This document shows positions 15,694-25,127 of a DNA stretch of 49,043 nucleotides, in pieces. How positions within the stretch are numbered: position 1 is the first letter of the stretch; each line of letters begins with the position of its first letter. Origin of the DNA: Escherichia phage PGN590. A program made the position numbers and the translations under genes. Below the pieces are notes generated by a model. It made no database searches and had not been told where the DNA came from. It saw nothing but the letters and a program-made list of their open reading frames with translations. Where the stretch lies: the sequence record NC_049830.1, one strand, 5' to 3'.

Positions 15694-16809
15694 TCAATCA
15701 GCCATTTCCGGATAATGCATAAATCGCCCCACTTCTCCGTATTCTTTATCGTAAACAATAACAGCCGCACGGCGACGGGAACGCCATCCACCGCGCGCCG
15801 CATATGCATCTTTTGCCGCCATAGTGCTGTGCACTTCAACAATGCCCAGGCTTGTTTCAGTTACTGTCTGATGATGCCAGTGCCCTACGTGAGCATACAT
15901 CATTTTTGAATTTCCGAAGTCTTCGCGCCAGTCTGCCGCACACATCATGAGCAATGTTTCAGGCTTGCGTATAGTGTGCCCATGATGGTATGCCAGGAAT
16001 GTCTTGCCATATTGTGTGTGATGAACTACTCGCGGAGAAACATCAACATGCACTCGTGGCTCATTCTCATATGCTGCCGCCATTGCTGCGCGCAACCAGA
16101 TCATGCCGCTTTGGTCGTGGTTGCCCTCAATTATCTGAATCTCGACGTTTTTGTGTTTTGATAACAGCTTTGCTATTGCTCGACGCACTGACCGGATTGC
16201 AACGTAAACAAGTTTTGCGTATCGACTATCTTGATCCAATACGTGACCGCTTGCAGGTGTTACCGCTTCCAGTCCGTCGCTGTGAAGCATATCACCACCA
16301 ATCAGCAAGACAGCTTTTTCACTATCCGGCGCGCACTGTATGGAATAATCAATGAAATTATTCATTACGCGCTCTGCTGTTGCTGTATCCCAATTCTCGC
16401 CGCATTCATGCTTATGCGCCATTGCGCCCAGGTGCATATCAAAGATCGGATACAGTGATAACGTCTCGCTATAATCCTTTTGTGATTCCGGTTGCGGATC
16501 AAGTCGCGGAACTTCTTCGCTAAATGCATCCATAGCGGCCTGCATTAATGCTTCTAACTGTTCGCGGTCCTTGCTTGTCTTAATCCATGTCATAACCACA
16601 TTTCCATCTTTATCAATTAGCTTTGATTCTCCAGTAACACCAAAACCAGGTGATCCGATGGTTGTAACTTTACCTTGCTTTGCTAATCGTGCTGCGCGGC
16701 GCTCAATGCTTCGAACGTTCATACCATACTCATTAGCGATCTGCTTATATGTCTTTCCCTGCTTGCGCTCATTGATAAATTGTTCATCTGTTATTTTGAT
16801 TTGCTTCAT
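15694..16809 (-). CDS. HTH-domain calcineurin-like metallophosphoesterase
   Basis: N-terminal HTH (KTYKQIANEYGMNVRSIERR); DxH (FDMHLG), GDxxH (GGDMLHSDG), GNHD motifs; ATG 16807-16809 after AAGGAG. Confidence 0.6.
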   Translation of the reverse strand: MKQIKITDEQFINERKQGKTYKQIANEYGMNVRSIERRAARLAKQGKVTTIGSPGFGVTGESKLIDKDGNVVMTWIKTSKDREQLEALMQAAMDAFSEEVPRLDPQPESQKDYSETLSLYPIFDMHLGAMAHKHECGENWDTATAERVMNNFIDYSIQCAPDSEKAVLLIGGDMLHSDGLEAVTPASGHVLDQDSRYAKLVYVAIRSVRRAIAKLLSKHKNVEIQIIEGNHDQSGMIWLRAAMAAAYENEPRVHVDVSPRVVHHTQYGKTFLAYHHGHTIRKPETLLMMCAADWREDFGNSKMMYAHVGHWHHQTVTETSLGIVEVHSTMAAKDAYAARGGWRSRRRAAVIVYDKEYGEVGRFMHYPEMAD

Positions 16810-16907
16810 CAAAAATTCTCCTTATCTCATTATGACAACATACACAATAGAGATCGCCATCATAACAGGTAAGGGCAAAAGTAACAAACGCCACATGATA
16901 ATAATCC

Positions 16908-17150
16908 TCATTTGTAGTATTTGCGCGGCTCGCGAATTTTCGCCATAGCCTCTTTGAAATCAATCTTTGTTGGTATTGCTGGGACGCGATGCATCTTGCG
17001 CGGGCGTTCATTGAGAAAAGTCATTTTGTCGCCGCTTATAATGCTTATGTCAGCAATATCAAAATATTTTGCTATCCTGGCTATGTCTTCAGAGATACCG
17101 CATTCCTTTGCATGATCCCATACAGCCTGCCTACCTTGTTCAACCTTCAT
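16908..17150 (-). CDS. hypothetical protein
   Basis: start set to ATG 17148-17150 (MKVEQGRQ) overlapping stop of small upstream ORF. Confidence 0.45.
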   Translation of the reverse strand: MKVEQGRQAVWDHAKECGISEDIARIAKYFDIADISIISGDKMTFLNERPRKMHRVPAIPTKIDFKEAMAKIREPRKYYK

Positions 17151-17319
17151 GCTTATAATATGCCTCCGCAAATTCTAATGGGTAGTGACCATATGCAACG
17201 CGAAGTAGAATCATTGCCGCACCCCAATCAAGCTGCATATTGTTTTTAGTTCCACCTTTTACCGCCTCGCGTGAGGTTTGTTGCGCCTGGTCAAATGCTT
17301 TCTTGCTGTATACTACCAT
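17140..17319 (-). CDS. small hypothetical protein (59 aa), not in ORF track
   Basis: ATG 17317-17319 after GAGGAAATAAAA; downstream of promoter-like repeat at 17377. Confidence 0.4.
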   Translation of the reverse strand: MVVYSKKAFDQAQQTSREAVKGGTKNNMQLDWGAAMILLRVAYGHYPLEFAEAYYKHEG

Positions 17320-17376
17320 TTTTATTTCCTCATGTTTGTTTCGTTGAAATAATTATGCCCGACACAAAGCCGGGCG

Positions 17377-17396
17377 TTTTAACAAAAAGTGCTATT
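17377..17396 (-). promoter_or_regulatory. intergenic 20-bp repeat, promoter-like
   Basis: overlaps TAG of 17392-17631; GC hairpin in spacer; CATAAT downstream. Confidence 0.55.
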
Positions 17397-17631
17397 TTGA
17401 TGCTGATTCGTAAAACTCTTGCAAGTCTTTACCGATCTGCTCATGCCATTTTTCAAGCGGTAGTTTTCTTGTTTCCTCAAAGCTCATGTCAAGCGCGCTT
17501 GTAAATTCCCACGGGTCGCAACCTAACAGCGGTTTTATGAACTCGTTTTTATCAAGCGCTTCGCAAACCATAGCGCGAAATAGCAACCACTCTCCAGTTT
17601 CATTTAAATAAACGCTTCTTTCTTTCTGCAT
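17392..17631 (-). CDS. hypothetical protein
   Basis: start set to ATG 17629-17631 (MQKERSVY) with GGAG RBS, 4 nt after dam stop. Confidence 0.45.
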   Translation of the reverse strand: MQKERSVYLNETGEWLLFRAMVCEALDKNEFIKPLLGCDPWEFTSALDMSFEETRKLPLEKWHEQIGKDLQEFYESASK

Positions 17632-17635
17632 GATA

Positions 17636-18337
17636 TTAACTCCGCTTTCTTGCTCGACGCTCTGCCACTGACGGGCAAATGTCGCTGATCTTAACGTATC
17701 GCGTTTTCTGCTGCTCACCTTCTTTCAGTTCGCGCATGATGAAAATAACGCTGCCTTTGTTGTTTCCCTGCACTGGTTTACCTGTAAGCGCTGAAGTGAA
17801 CGCCAGGCGTCCGGTACGGGAATATTCTGTTCCGCGCTCCTGGTAAACTTCTCCAGTGATCCAGATTATTTCCGCTGCGTGCTGTTGCGCCTCATAAAAC
17901 CATCCTGTTGACGTGTCGCAAGGTAAAAGCATGTCGATCTGGTTGCCGTGCTCCATTTGCTCAATTGTTTTCTTAACAAACGGCGTGATATTGCTGTACG
18001 GTGGGTTAAGCCATATATGCTTGTTACTACCCCACCAACGCTTTAAGCAATTTGTCTCCTTGCTGTAGAATTTTTCACATACAGCATTTTCTTTGCTTGC
18101 CGCAGCGTCGATGTCATAATCACCGTATTCACTTTCCATCCATGCGACAAGCTCAGACGGCGTAGACCACAAATCTCGCACAACGTCCGGCGTATTGCTG
18201 CCGTTATAGCGGTTGCCAGTGACTTTATAATATTGATTTGGTTTAACAGCCTGGTAATAGCCTCCGGTAGCAAGAGCATTGCCAATGAATGTTTCTCGTT
18301 CGATTTGTTCAAATGTCACTTCGGTTTCTTTGATCAT
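17636..18337 (-). CDS. dam: DNA N6-adenine methyltransferase (phage Dam-like)
   Basis: catalytic NPPY motif (HIWLNPPYSNI). Confidence 0.8.
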   Translation of the reverse strand: MIKETEVTFEQIERETFIGNALATGGYYQAVKPNQYYKVTGNRYNGSNTPDVVRDLWSTPSELVAWMESEYGDYDIDAAASKENAVCEKFYSKETNCLKRWWGSNKHIWLNPPYSNITPFVKKTIEQMEHGNQIDMLLPCDTSTGWFYEAQQHAAEIIWITGEVYQERGTEYSRTGRLAFTSALTGKPVQGNNKGSVIFIMRELKEGEQQKTRYVKISDICPSVAERRARKRS

Positions 18338-18396
18338 TTCTTAATTACCTGTTGCTTGTTGAACTGGTGTTATTATGGCGCAATCCTTCGCGCCTG

Positions 18397-18416
18397 TTTT
18401 AACAAAAAGTGCTATT
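18397..18416 (-). promoter_or_regulatory. intergenic 20-bp repeat, promoter-like
   Basis: overlaps TAG of VRR-NUC gene; CATAAT downstream; upstream of dam. Confidence 0.55.
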
Positions 18417-18831
18417 TCATCATGTGTTCTACAGCGATCATGAATTGCTTATATCCGTATGTTACGGCAGCGTATCCGCCAAGCTCGCGCACGCGGCGTA
18501 AGAAGGCTTTTTGCTCCTTGCTGACTGGTGAAGCCTTACCCTTGCCAGACTTATTGACGCGCTTCATCTCAATAGCCGCGAAAGGGTAGCGGCCTTTTAA
18601 TCCAATCAGGATGATAAAATCACTTACTCCCTTAACGAGTCCGGCTTGCTGATCCATCATTGCGGTGGCGATCCCCTTGTCGCCCTCGTTTTTCGTATGC
18701 CATGCCAGCAATTCAGGATGAGCATAACTCAACCATTGAAACGCCCCGATCTGGTGTGATTCCTCTTTTAGCGTATCCGTCGGATCTCTTTCGTAAAACT
18801 CCAGATAATCGCCTTTATCAGTCATTGGCAT
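18412..18831 (-). CDS. VRR-NUC-type PD-(D/E)xK nuclease
   Basis: GVSDFIIL and AIEMK motifs (D ... E-x-K); adjacent to helicase. Confidence 0.55.
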   Translation of the reverse strand: MPMTDKGDYLEFYERDPTDTLKEESHQIGAFQWLSYAHPELLAWHTKNEGDKGIATAMMDQQAGLVKGVSDFIILIGLKGRYPFAAIEMKRVNKSGKGKASPVSKEQKAFLRRVRELGGYAAVTYGYKQFMIAVEHMMK

Positions 18832-20863
18832 AATTAAATTCCTTCTTGTATAAATTATCTTCGCCCTTGCTAGTCTTGCGGTGAGTCACACGCGATGGTG
18901 GCATGATGTGATTCACATATTGCATTATTTTTCGTGCATTACGATAGCTCGCCACCATGCCAGCAACACGGCGATCCGGTATGTGCTTAAGAGCAACGCT
19001 TCGCCATTTTGCGCGGCAAATTTGGCTCTCAGATTCAGGGAAAAATATCTCTCTCGCCCTGAAAGTGTCTATGCCATCGGAAAGCTCATAATTAAATATT
19101 ATCCCTTTCTGGTTTTTCGTCATGTCAACCGAGAAAGATTGCACCTTGAACCAGTCGTTTTTTGTGTAGTGCTTTCCGCTCAACTTCTCGTTAGGGTCAA
19201 TCAATGACATGTCGCAATGTCTGCATACCCTGGCCGCAATATCATTCTTCGTTCCGCAACCGCGATGAATAATCTTTTTAGTTCGAGGGTCAATCTGATC
19301 ATCACATGTCCTGAATTTAAAGAACCACTCACATCTGTTGCCGTTTTCGTCTACGTGCATACAACGACGAGCATAATAGCTGTTAAGAGTTCCGCAAATA
19401 GGGCACGGTTTCGGATCTTTACCGTTCCTGAATCGCTTCTGGTGCTGCGCCTGTTCCAGTATCGGATCAAAATAAAGTTCCCCTAGCTCGTCCATCGTTC
19501 CTGAAAAGTCCATAACGAGGTGATCATCTTTCTGGAATCCTTGCTCCTTATGCCACTTCTTAAGTAGTCGCATTCCGCGCCCCAAAAGCTGAATCAGCAA
19601 AGTTAGCGATCCAATCTTGCGCAGTATGACAGACGTATCCCAAAACGGAACGTTAACGCCAGTTGTTAGCGCCTGCACCTGGAAGATGTATTTTACCTTT
19701 CCCTCGTATGCTTCCTTTAACCACTCCTTGCGCTGGTTATCGCCAGTCTTACCAGTAATGATCCTGTAAGTAGTTCCAGGTGGCAATGCTGCCGCTGCCT
19801 CTTTGCAATGCCTTTCTCCCGCACATGTCACAAGTACACCGTTACGGTTTTTACAGATCTCGTGAACTTTAGCCATGATGCGCTTTGTCATGGTCGCTTC
19901 TTCGTGAATTTTTTGTTCCATCCTGCGAAGCGTTTTAGCGTCAAAGTCTGCGACGCCATCCTCGCTGGATGCCTCAAACTCTGAAAGGTCATACCCTAGA
20001 TCGCCAACGTCGCCAAAATTTGTTGGCACAACAGAACCGAATTTGATCAGGTAGTTGGTGTCAATATTAGTAACCTGTTCACGCCAGAATCCTTTCTGTT
20101 TTTTGTCTTCTACCAGGATCGGGACTACTCCGCGAAACTCCGAACCAGTCATACCAAAGATGCGCAGTTCATGACCATATGCTTTCCTGCAACGTCGCAT
20201 CATTTCCATGATAATGACAGTGTATTGCGTGCGGCCTGTTCCCTCCATTGGTAAGCCATCCTCACCAATCAGGAACTCTGTATTTCTGTTCCTGCTGCCC
20301 TTTGTTATGTCATAATCTGGATTTGGTACTTTTTCGCCTTTCTTCGTTGTCATTTGTAAAAATGATTCGTCTTTCTCTATGGCGTCGGCAAGGTCTTCCC
20401 AATCCACCTGGTGACACTCGTCAATCCCGATAACGTGCGGAACATAGTCGCCAAGCGCTTTAAACAGTCCATTAACTACAGTGCCCTCAGAACCAACAAC
20501 AATCGGAAAGTATGCGCTTTTTGTCTTCAGTCCTGCGCAATAGATGGAGTTCGGCACGCCAAGATTTGTTATCTCTTCAGAATCCTGATCCACAATCTCA
20601 GCCTGGCGAGCAAGGACCATCATTTTTAATCCAATTTTCCGGCACTGGTGAGCAACCATTGCAAACATCAATGTTTTGCCAGCCGATACGGACGCTTTAA
20701 CAAAGAATGGATGCTCATAATTTTTCATACGCTTTGCGATCTCAGCGTATGCAACGCACTGGTAAGGGTAAGGCACAATCTCGCCAACAGTGAATCGCTC
20801 CTGAATGGATTTAATTACCGCTTCACCAAGTGCTGATATTTGCTTTTCAATGTTTGGAATCAT
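18818..20863 (-). CDS. SF2 DNA helicase (DEAH-box) with C-terminal zinc-ribbon region
   Basis: Walker A SAGKT, DExH IGIDECHQ; C-terminal Cys clusters; start set to ATG 20861-20863 (AAAGG RBS). Confidence 0.8.
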   Translation of the reverse strand: MIPNIEKQISALGEAVIKSIQERFTVGEIVPYPYQCVAYAEIAKRMKNYEHPFFVKASVSAGKTLMFAMVAHQCRKIGLKMMVLARQAEIVDQDSEEITNLGVPNSIYCAGLKTKSAYFPIVVGSEGTVVNGLFKALGDYVPHVIGIDECHQVDWEDLADAIEKDESFLQMTTKKGEKVPNPDYDITKGSRNRNTEFLIGEDGLPMEGTGRTQYTVIIMEMMRRCRKAYGHELRIFGMTGSEFRGVVPILVEDKKQKGFWREQVTNIDTNYLIKFGSVVPTNFGDVGDLGYDLSEFEASSEDGVADFDAKTLRRMEQKIHEEATMTKRIMAKVHEICKNRNGVLVTCAGERHCKEAAAALPPGTTYRIITGKTGDNQRKEWLKEAYEGKVKYIFQVQALTTGVNVPFWDTSVILRKIGSLTLLIQLLGRGMRLLKKWHKEQGFQKDDHLVMDFSGTMDELGELYFDPILEQAQHQKRFRNGKDPKPCPICGTLNSYYARRCMHVDENGNRCEWFFKFRTCDDQIDPRTKKIIHRGCGTKNDIAARVCRHCDMSLIDPNEKLSGKHYTKNDWFKVQSFSVDMTKNQKGIIFNYELSDGIDTFRAREIFFPESESQICRAKWRSVALKHIPDRRVAGMVASYRNARKIMQYVNHIMPPSRVTHRKTSKGEDNLYKKEFNYAND

Positions 20864-20921
20864 TCTAAAACCTTTGAGTAATGCCATTTGGCGTGTATAA
20901 TACACAATCATTAAATCATCG

Positions 20922-20940
20922 TTTAACAAAAAATGCTATT
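20922..20940 (-). promoter_or_regulatory. intergenic repeat (variant), promoter-like, helicase side of divergent region
   Basis: sense AATAGCATTTTTTGTTAAA; TATTAT (plus-strand 20897-20902) downstream. Confidence 0.5.
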
Positions 20941-20952
20941 GGAGAATGAATA

Positions 20953-21426
20953 ATGAAAGAAAAGCGGATCGCGGTATCAACTGGCAAAATTGACAAACGC
21001 ACAATCAATGGCAATAACGGAACTCGACGTGGTAAAGATAAGAAAAAGCGCAAGCGCCCTACAGGATACTATGTTTTAAAAGATGAAGTGCGCGCAGGAC
21101 TAAAAGCACGGCTTGACATTCTTATTGAGTATTACGGAAGCGTGTCAGCAATGGCAAAGCGTCTTAACGTTAGCCAGCAAACTGTAAATCAGTGGCGTGT
21201 TCGAGGTATGATTTCAGCCGCTGGCGCTCAAAAGGTGCATAACGATTACAAGAAATATGGTTGTCAAGGCTATCGCGCTTCATTCTGCCGTCCAGATCTA
21301 CGATTTGATTCCAATGGCAAACCGCTCACAAAGAGATGTGATAAGCGTGAAATGTTGCGAGTAGTAAGAATGTCAGATTATGAACCTGGCGGATTCCTGT
21401 ATAAACCTGAAAGCACTAATTGCTAA
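20953..21426 (+). CDS. HTH DNA-binding protein (putative regulator)
   Basis: basic N-terminus, HTH-like SVSAMAKRLNVSQQTVNQW. Confidence 0.45.
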   Translation: MKEKRIAVSTGKIDKRTINGNNGTRRGKDKKKRKRPTGYYVLKDEVRAGLKARLDILIEYYGSVSAMAKRLNVSQQTVNQWRVRGMISAAGAQKVHNDYKKYGCQGYRASFCRPDLRFDSNGKPLTKRCDKREMLRVVRMSDYEPGGFLYKPESTNC

Positions 21427-21481
21427 AAACAATGCCTGGCATGATGTTATCATCTGTCAGGCTTTTTTGTTTGAGGTGTAT

Positions 21482-22414
21482 ATGAATAACGAAAACTTTA
21501 TGGTTTATCAAAAGGAAGATGTACTCCCATATATGCAAGGATTGTGGCGTGATGCGCTACAAAGTATTTGCGGTCTTCCAAATGAAGTTTTTAACGGCAA
21601 GCATCAATCTTGCCCACACTGCGGCGGAAAGGATCGCTTCAGATGGACGGATAAACTTGGCGATAAAAAAGGCGATGGCGGTGCGATCTGCAACGTGTGC
21701 GGTAATGATACCGGAATTGGTTGGATCATGAAGCTAACCGGAGAGCCTTACAGCGAAGTGATCAACATTTTGGGCAGATTTCTTGGAAAAGTTCCTCAGG
21801 ACTATAGAATAAAGGCAAATAAGCGAGTATCTCGTGATTCTGGTTATTCGTTTGGTAAACAGGCAAGTCATGAATGCTGCGAGCGCGTTATGTCAAAAAC
21901 ACTAAAATTTGATCGAACGCCGTTAAGCACATATGAAGGAATATACCCACCTGAAGATGGTCATTATGATTGCGGCGTAAAAGATGGTAGATACATTCAC
22001 GCGCTACCTTGTCACCTGGTACACTCAGATGAGATTGATGATGAAATGTGCAATGTGCTTTTCATTGATGAAGAAGGTAAACAATCTTTTCTAGCAAAGG
22101 ACTACACGCGCGGGTCGGTAGTGAGAACAGGAAGCACCGATAAGACTATCTATCTTTGCGTTGACTGGATTGATGCGCAACACATCCATCTTGCAACTGG
22201 TCAAGAGGTTTGGTCATGTTTTGATGCAACTAACATTGAGATTGTGGCTTACAGGTATAAAGGCAACAGAAGAATGCGAGTTGTCTGTAAGAGTACAGAC
22301 CGTGACACAATCATTGCTGCTGAGGAAAGAGGTATTGAAATTATGATTCCGATTAATGATAATTACAGGCAAGGGATAGAGAGGAAAGTTTACAAACCTG
22401 AATCTCTTCTCTAA
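21482..22414 (+). CDS. DNA primase (zinc-ribbon type)
   Basis: GAGGTG RBS; CPHCGG...CNVCG zinc ribbon near N-terminus; strong terminator follows. Confidence 0.6.
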   Translation: MNNENFMVYQKEDVLPYMQGLWRDALQSICGLPNEVFNGKHQSCPHCGGKDRFRWTDKLGDKKGDGGAICNVCGNDTGIGWIMKLTGEPYSEVINILGRFLGKVPQDYRIKANKRVSRDSGYSFGKQASHECCERVMSKTLKFDRTPLSTYEGIYPPEDGHYDCGVKDGRYIHALPCHLVHSDEIDDEMCNVLFIDEEGKQSFLAKDYTRGSVVRTGSTDKTIYLCVDWIDAQHIHLATGQEVWSCFDATNIEIVAYRYKGNRRMRVVCKSTDRDTIIAAEERGIEIMIPINDNYRQGIERKVYKPESLL

Positions 22415-22431
22415 ATGTCACTGCTATTTTA

Positions 22432-22455
22432 CCCCGCATTGCGGGGTTTTTTTTT
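22432..22455 (+). terminator. intrinsic terminator after primase
   Basis: CCCCGC-att-GCGGGG followed by nine T. Confidence 0.8.
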
Positions 22456-22512
22456 GCCTTAGCAAATGCTATTATCTGCATTGACATTAACATGCAACAT
22501 GGGAGAAAACGC

Positions 22513-24738
22513 ATGGCAATTTACAGAACCGGACAAGCGTCAATGGACGCTCAAGGTTATATTACTGGATACGACACGAAATGGCGAGAGCAACTAACGC
22601 TCATTCGCCCTGGTGCAACAATCTTTTTCATTGATGCGCCATTTCAAGCGGCTGTGATCAGTGAAGTTATCAGCGATACACAAATCCGCGCCATCACAAC
22701 TGGAGGCGCTGAAATTGGGCGAAGCAATTACATTATTTTGCTGCATGACTCAATCACGGTTGACGGCCTGGCGCAAGATGTTGCGGAAACTCTGCGTTAC
22801 TATCAAAGCAAAGAAACTCAGATCGAGGAAGCTATTGAATTTTTCAAAAACTTTGACCTAAAACAGTTGCAAGATCTGGCTAATCAGGTTAAGGGTGATG
22901 CAGAGAAAACAGCCAATGATCGTGCTGCTACTGAACAACTGAAAAACGACACTCAACAGATAAAGGATTCTGCTGTTGCTGAAACAAACCAGATTAAAGC
23001 AGACACTAACGCAATCAAGGAGCAAACGCAACAGATTAAAGATTCTGCGATAACGGAAGTTAATTCCGCACGCGATCAAGGTGTTTTAGCTGTAAACCAG
23101 ACTAAAGATCAGGCTGTTTCAGAAATGAATCAGATAAAGGGTGATGTTTCGAATCTGAAAAACGAAGCTATTTCAGCAAGGGATTCAGCCCAGCAATACA
23201 TGACTGGCGCTCAATCTGCAAATAGCGCCGCTGAAACTGCAAAGCATGGTGCTGAAACTGCGCGTGATGAAGCTCGCCAATGGGCGCAACAGGTACAGCC
23301 TGAAAATCTGCTGCATAAAGATCAAAACCTTAATGATCTGGAAAATAAAGACCTTGCAAGGGAAGTATTGAAGGTTGACCGATTTAATCAGGTCGATGGT
23401 GAAACGCTTATTCGGTCGCCAGATAAGATCAAATACCTTACAGTTCGTAACGATGGTTGGGGTTACTGGGATACCGAATTGCAACGTTTTATTCCTCTTT
23501 CAATTTATGCCGGAGGTACTGGATCTAATAGTGAAGCTGGAGCAAGAAAGAACATTAATGCTGCTGTTGGGAATAGGGCTGTTTCAATTGCTGACAATAC
23601 TGATATTCTCAGTTTTTTTATAAACAATCCAGAAGGCGGATATTATTCTTCTGGTGGCGGCGTTGTAGGTTATCCGGAAGTCGCCGCTTGGTGGATGTAT
23701 AATTTACATGTTCACGGAAAGACTAGTGATGAAAGTAAATTGCTATATGGTCTTCTTTCAGCAACAGCTAACTCTGGTAACAAATGGGAAAATGTTTGCG
23801 ATAACGGTAACTGGCGTGGTTGGAAAAGAGTTTTTAGAAGCGATAACGTAATTGAACTTACTGGTGAAAAAGGAGCTACTCTTGGTGAATACTCAATAGC
23901 AATTGGAGATAATGATACAGGTTTTAAATGGGGTGGTGACGGAATATTGCATGTTTTTTGTAATGCTGGGAGTGTTGCATCATTTTCTCCTCAAAACATT
24001 CGTTTTGATGGTAGTTTAACCATATATCCTGTTGATGATAATGCAATTAGGGTTGCTGGCGTTAGGTCAGGCGGTGGAAGTGCCATGATTGCCGGTCAAA
24101 TTGGGGGAGGCTCTTTTGCTGGTTGGCGTGATCGTGGTTGTGGGTTGCTTTGTGAGATTACAGGAAAAGACGCAGCCTTTAACGTATTCAAGGTTGTTCA
24201 TTGGGGTGATGATTGGATTGCTGGAATGGATGCCATTAACTTTTCTGGTGGCGGCGCTGAAACTCACCTTTATGTAAAGGGAGGTGAATTCATTTTCAAT
24301 AGCAGTGGAAATGCTACTTGTAGCCAATGGATTTCTACGTCAGACATAAGGATGAAAGCGCAACTAAAAGAGATTGAAACGGCATCCGACAAAATTGATT
24401 ATCTAACTGGTTATACTTACTACAAGCGCAATAATCTTATAGAAGATGAAAACAGCGTTTATAGCATTGAGGCTGGATTGATCGCTCAAGATGTTGAAAG
24501 GGTTTTGCCGGAAGCTGTTCACTCTTTAAACAATGATGAGGGATTAGATCCAAAAGGTGAGTCAATCAAAGGAATTAACTATAATGGAGTTGTGGCTCTT
24601 TTGGTTAACGCATTCAAAGAGCAAAAGGCAAAAGTTGACAAGCAACAAGAGGAGATCGAAAAACTTAAATCTGAAATTGCAGATCTCAAAGAGGCGGTGG
24701 CTGCGTTACTCGACAAGCCAACAACGCTGGAAAATTAA
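22513..24738 (+). CDS. tail fibre protein with C-terminal intramolecular chaperone (peptidase S74-like) domain
   Basis: coiled-coil heptad repeats (QIKDSA..), Gly-rich beta region, C-terminal SDIRMKAQL...YTYYKRN chaperone signature. Confidence 0.7.
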   Translation: MAIYRTGQASMDAQGYITGYDTKWREQLTLIRPGATIFFIDAPFQAAVISEVISDTQIRAITTGGAEIGRSNYIILLHDSITVDGLAQDVAETLRYYQSKETQIEEAIEFFKNFDLKQLQDLANQVKGDAEKTANDRAATEQLKNDTQQIKDSAVAETNQIKADTNAIKEQTQQIKDSAITEVNSARDQGVLAVNQTKDQAVSEMNQIKGDVSNLKNEAISARDSAQQYMTGAQSANSAAETAKHGAETARDEARQWAQQVQPENLLHKDQNLNDLENKDLAREVLKVDRFNQVDGETLIRSPDKIKYLTVRNDGWGYWDTELQRFIPLSIYAGGTGSNSEAGARKNINAAVGNRAVSIADNTDILSFFINNPEGGYYSSGGGVVGYPEVAAWWMYNLHVHGKTSDESKLLYGLLSATANSGNKWENVCDNGNWRGWKRVFRSDNVIELTGEKGATLGEYSIAIGDNDTGFKWGGDGILHVFCNAGSVASFSPQNIRFDGSLTIYPVDDNAIRVAGVRSGGGSAMIAGQIGGGSFAGWRDRGCGLLCEITGKDAAFNVFKVVHWGDDWIAGMDAINFSGGGAETHLYVKGGEFIFNSSGNATCSQWISTSDIRMKAQLKEIETASDKIDYLTGYTYYKRNNLIEDENSVYSIEAGLIAQDVERVLPEAVHSLNNDEGLDPKGESIKGINYNGVVALLVNAFKEQKAKVDKQQEEIEKLKSEIADLKEAVAALLDKPTTLEN

Positions 24739-24754
24739 CAAAAAATAATCACAA

Positions 24755-24781
24755 GGCGCGGCTACGGTTGCGCCTTTTTTT
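24755..24781 (+). terminator. intrinsic terminator after tail fibre gene
   Basis: GGCGC..GCGCC hairpin followed by seven T. Confidence 0.75.
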
Positions 24782-25099
24782 GTCTTTATGCCATTTGCTG
24801 ACATATCGCTTACAAATATTTTATATCTATTCCTGGTAATTTGGCGCACACCATTTGTCGTACCATAAATATTGCAAACTTTTTTAATTTTTTAACGTCA
24901 AAGAGAGCACACACAATATCTGATTAAGGTCAATCACCAATATCAATTATGAAATCGGCAATGTCAGGTTTTAACGGGCTTGGAAGTATGAGCGGAATGT
25001 TGTCAATAATGACCAATGGAAAACTTAATGCTCATCAAACTGAACTTGCAAAGCGAATTGCTGTTAAGGTTATTGCCGTTCTTGTGATGGATGAAAGTG

Positions 25100-25120
25100 G
25101 AAAAGGGGCGCAATGCCCCT
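25100..25120 (-). terminator. putative terminator after ssb
   Basis: hairpin AGGGGC/GCCCCT with four U on minus strand. Confidence 0.4.
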
Positions 25121-25127
25121 TTGTTGA

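Noticed and set aside
15976-16948. Plus-strand ORFs inside the metallophosphoesterase gene
   Set aside because: Antisense to a motif-supported gene; no RBS.
22415-22431. GCTATTTT after the primase stop as another repeat copy
   Set aside because: Only a 7-8 nt fragment of the motif in the wrong orientation for the flanking gene; it is the 5' flank of the terminator hairpin.
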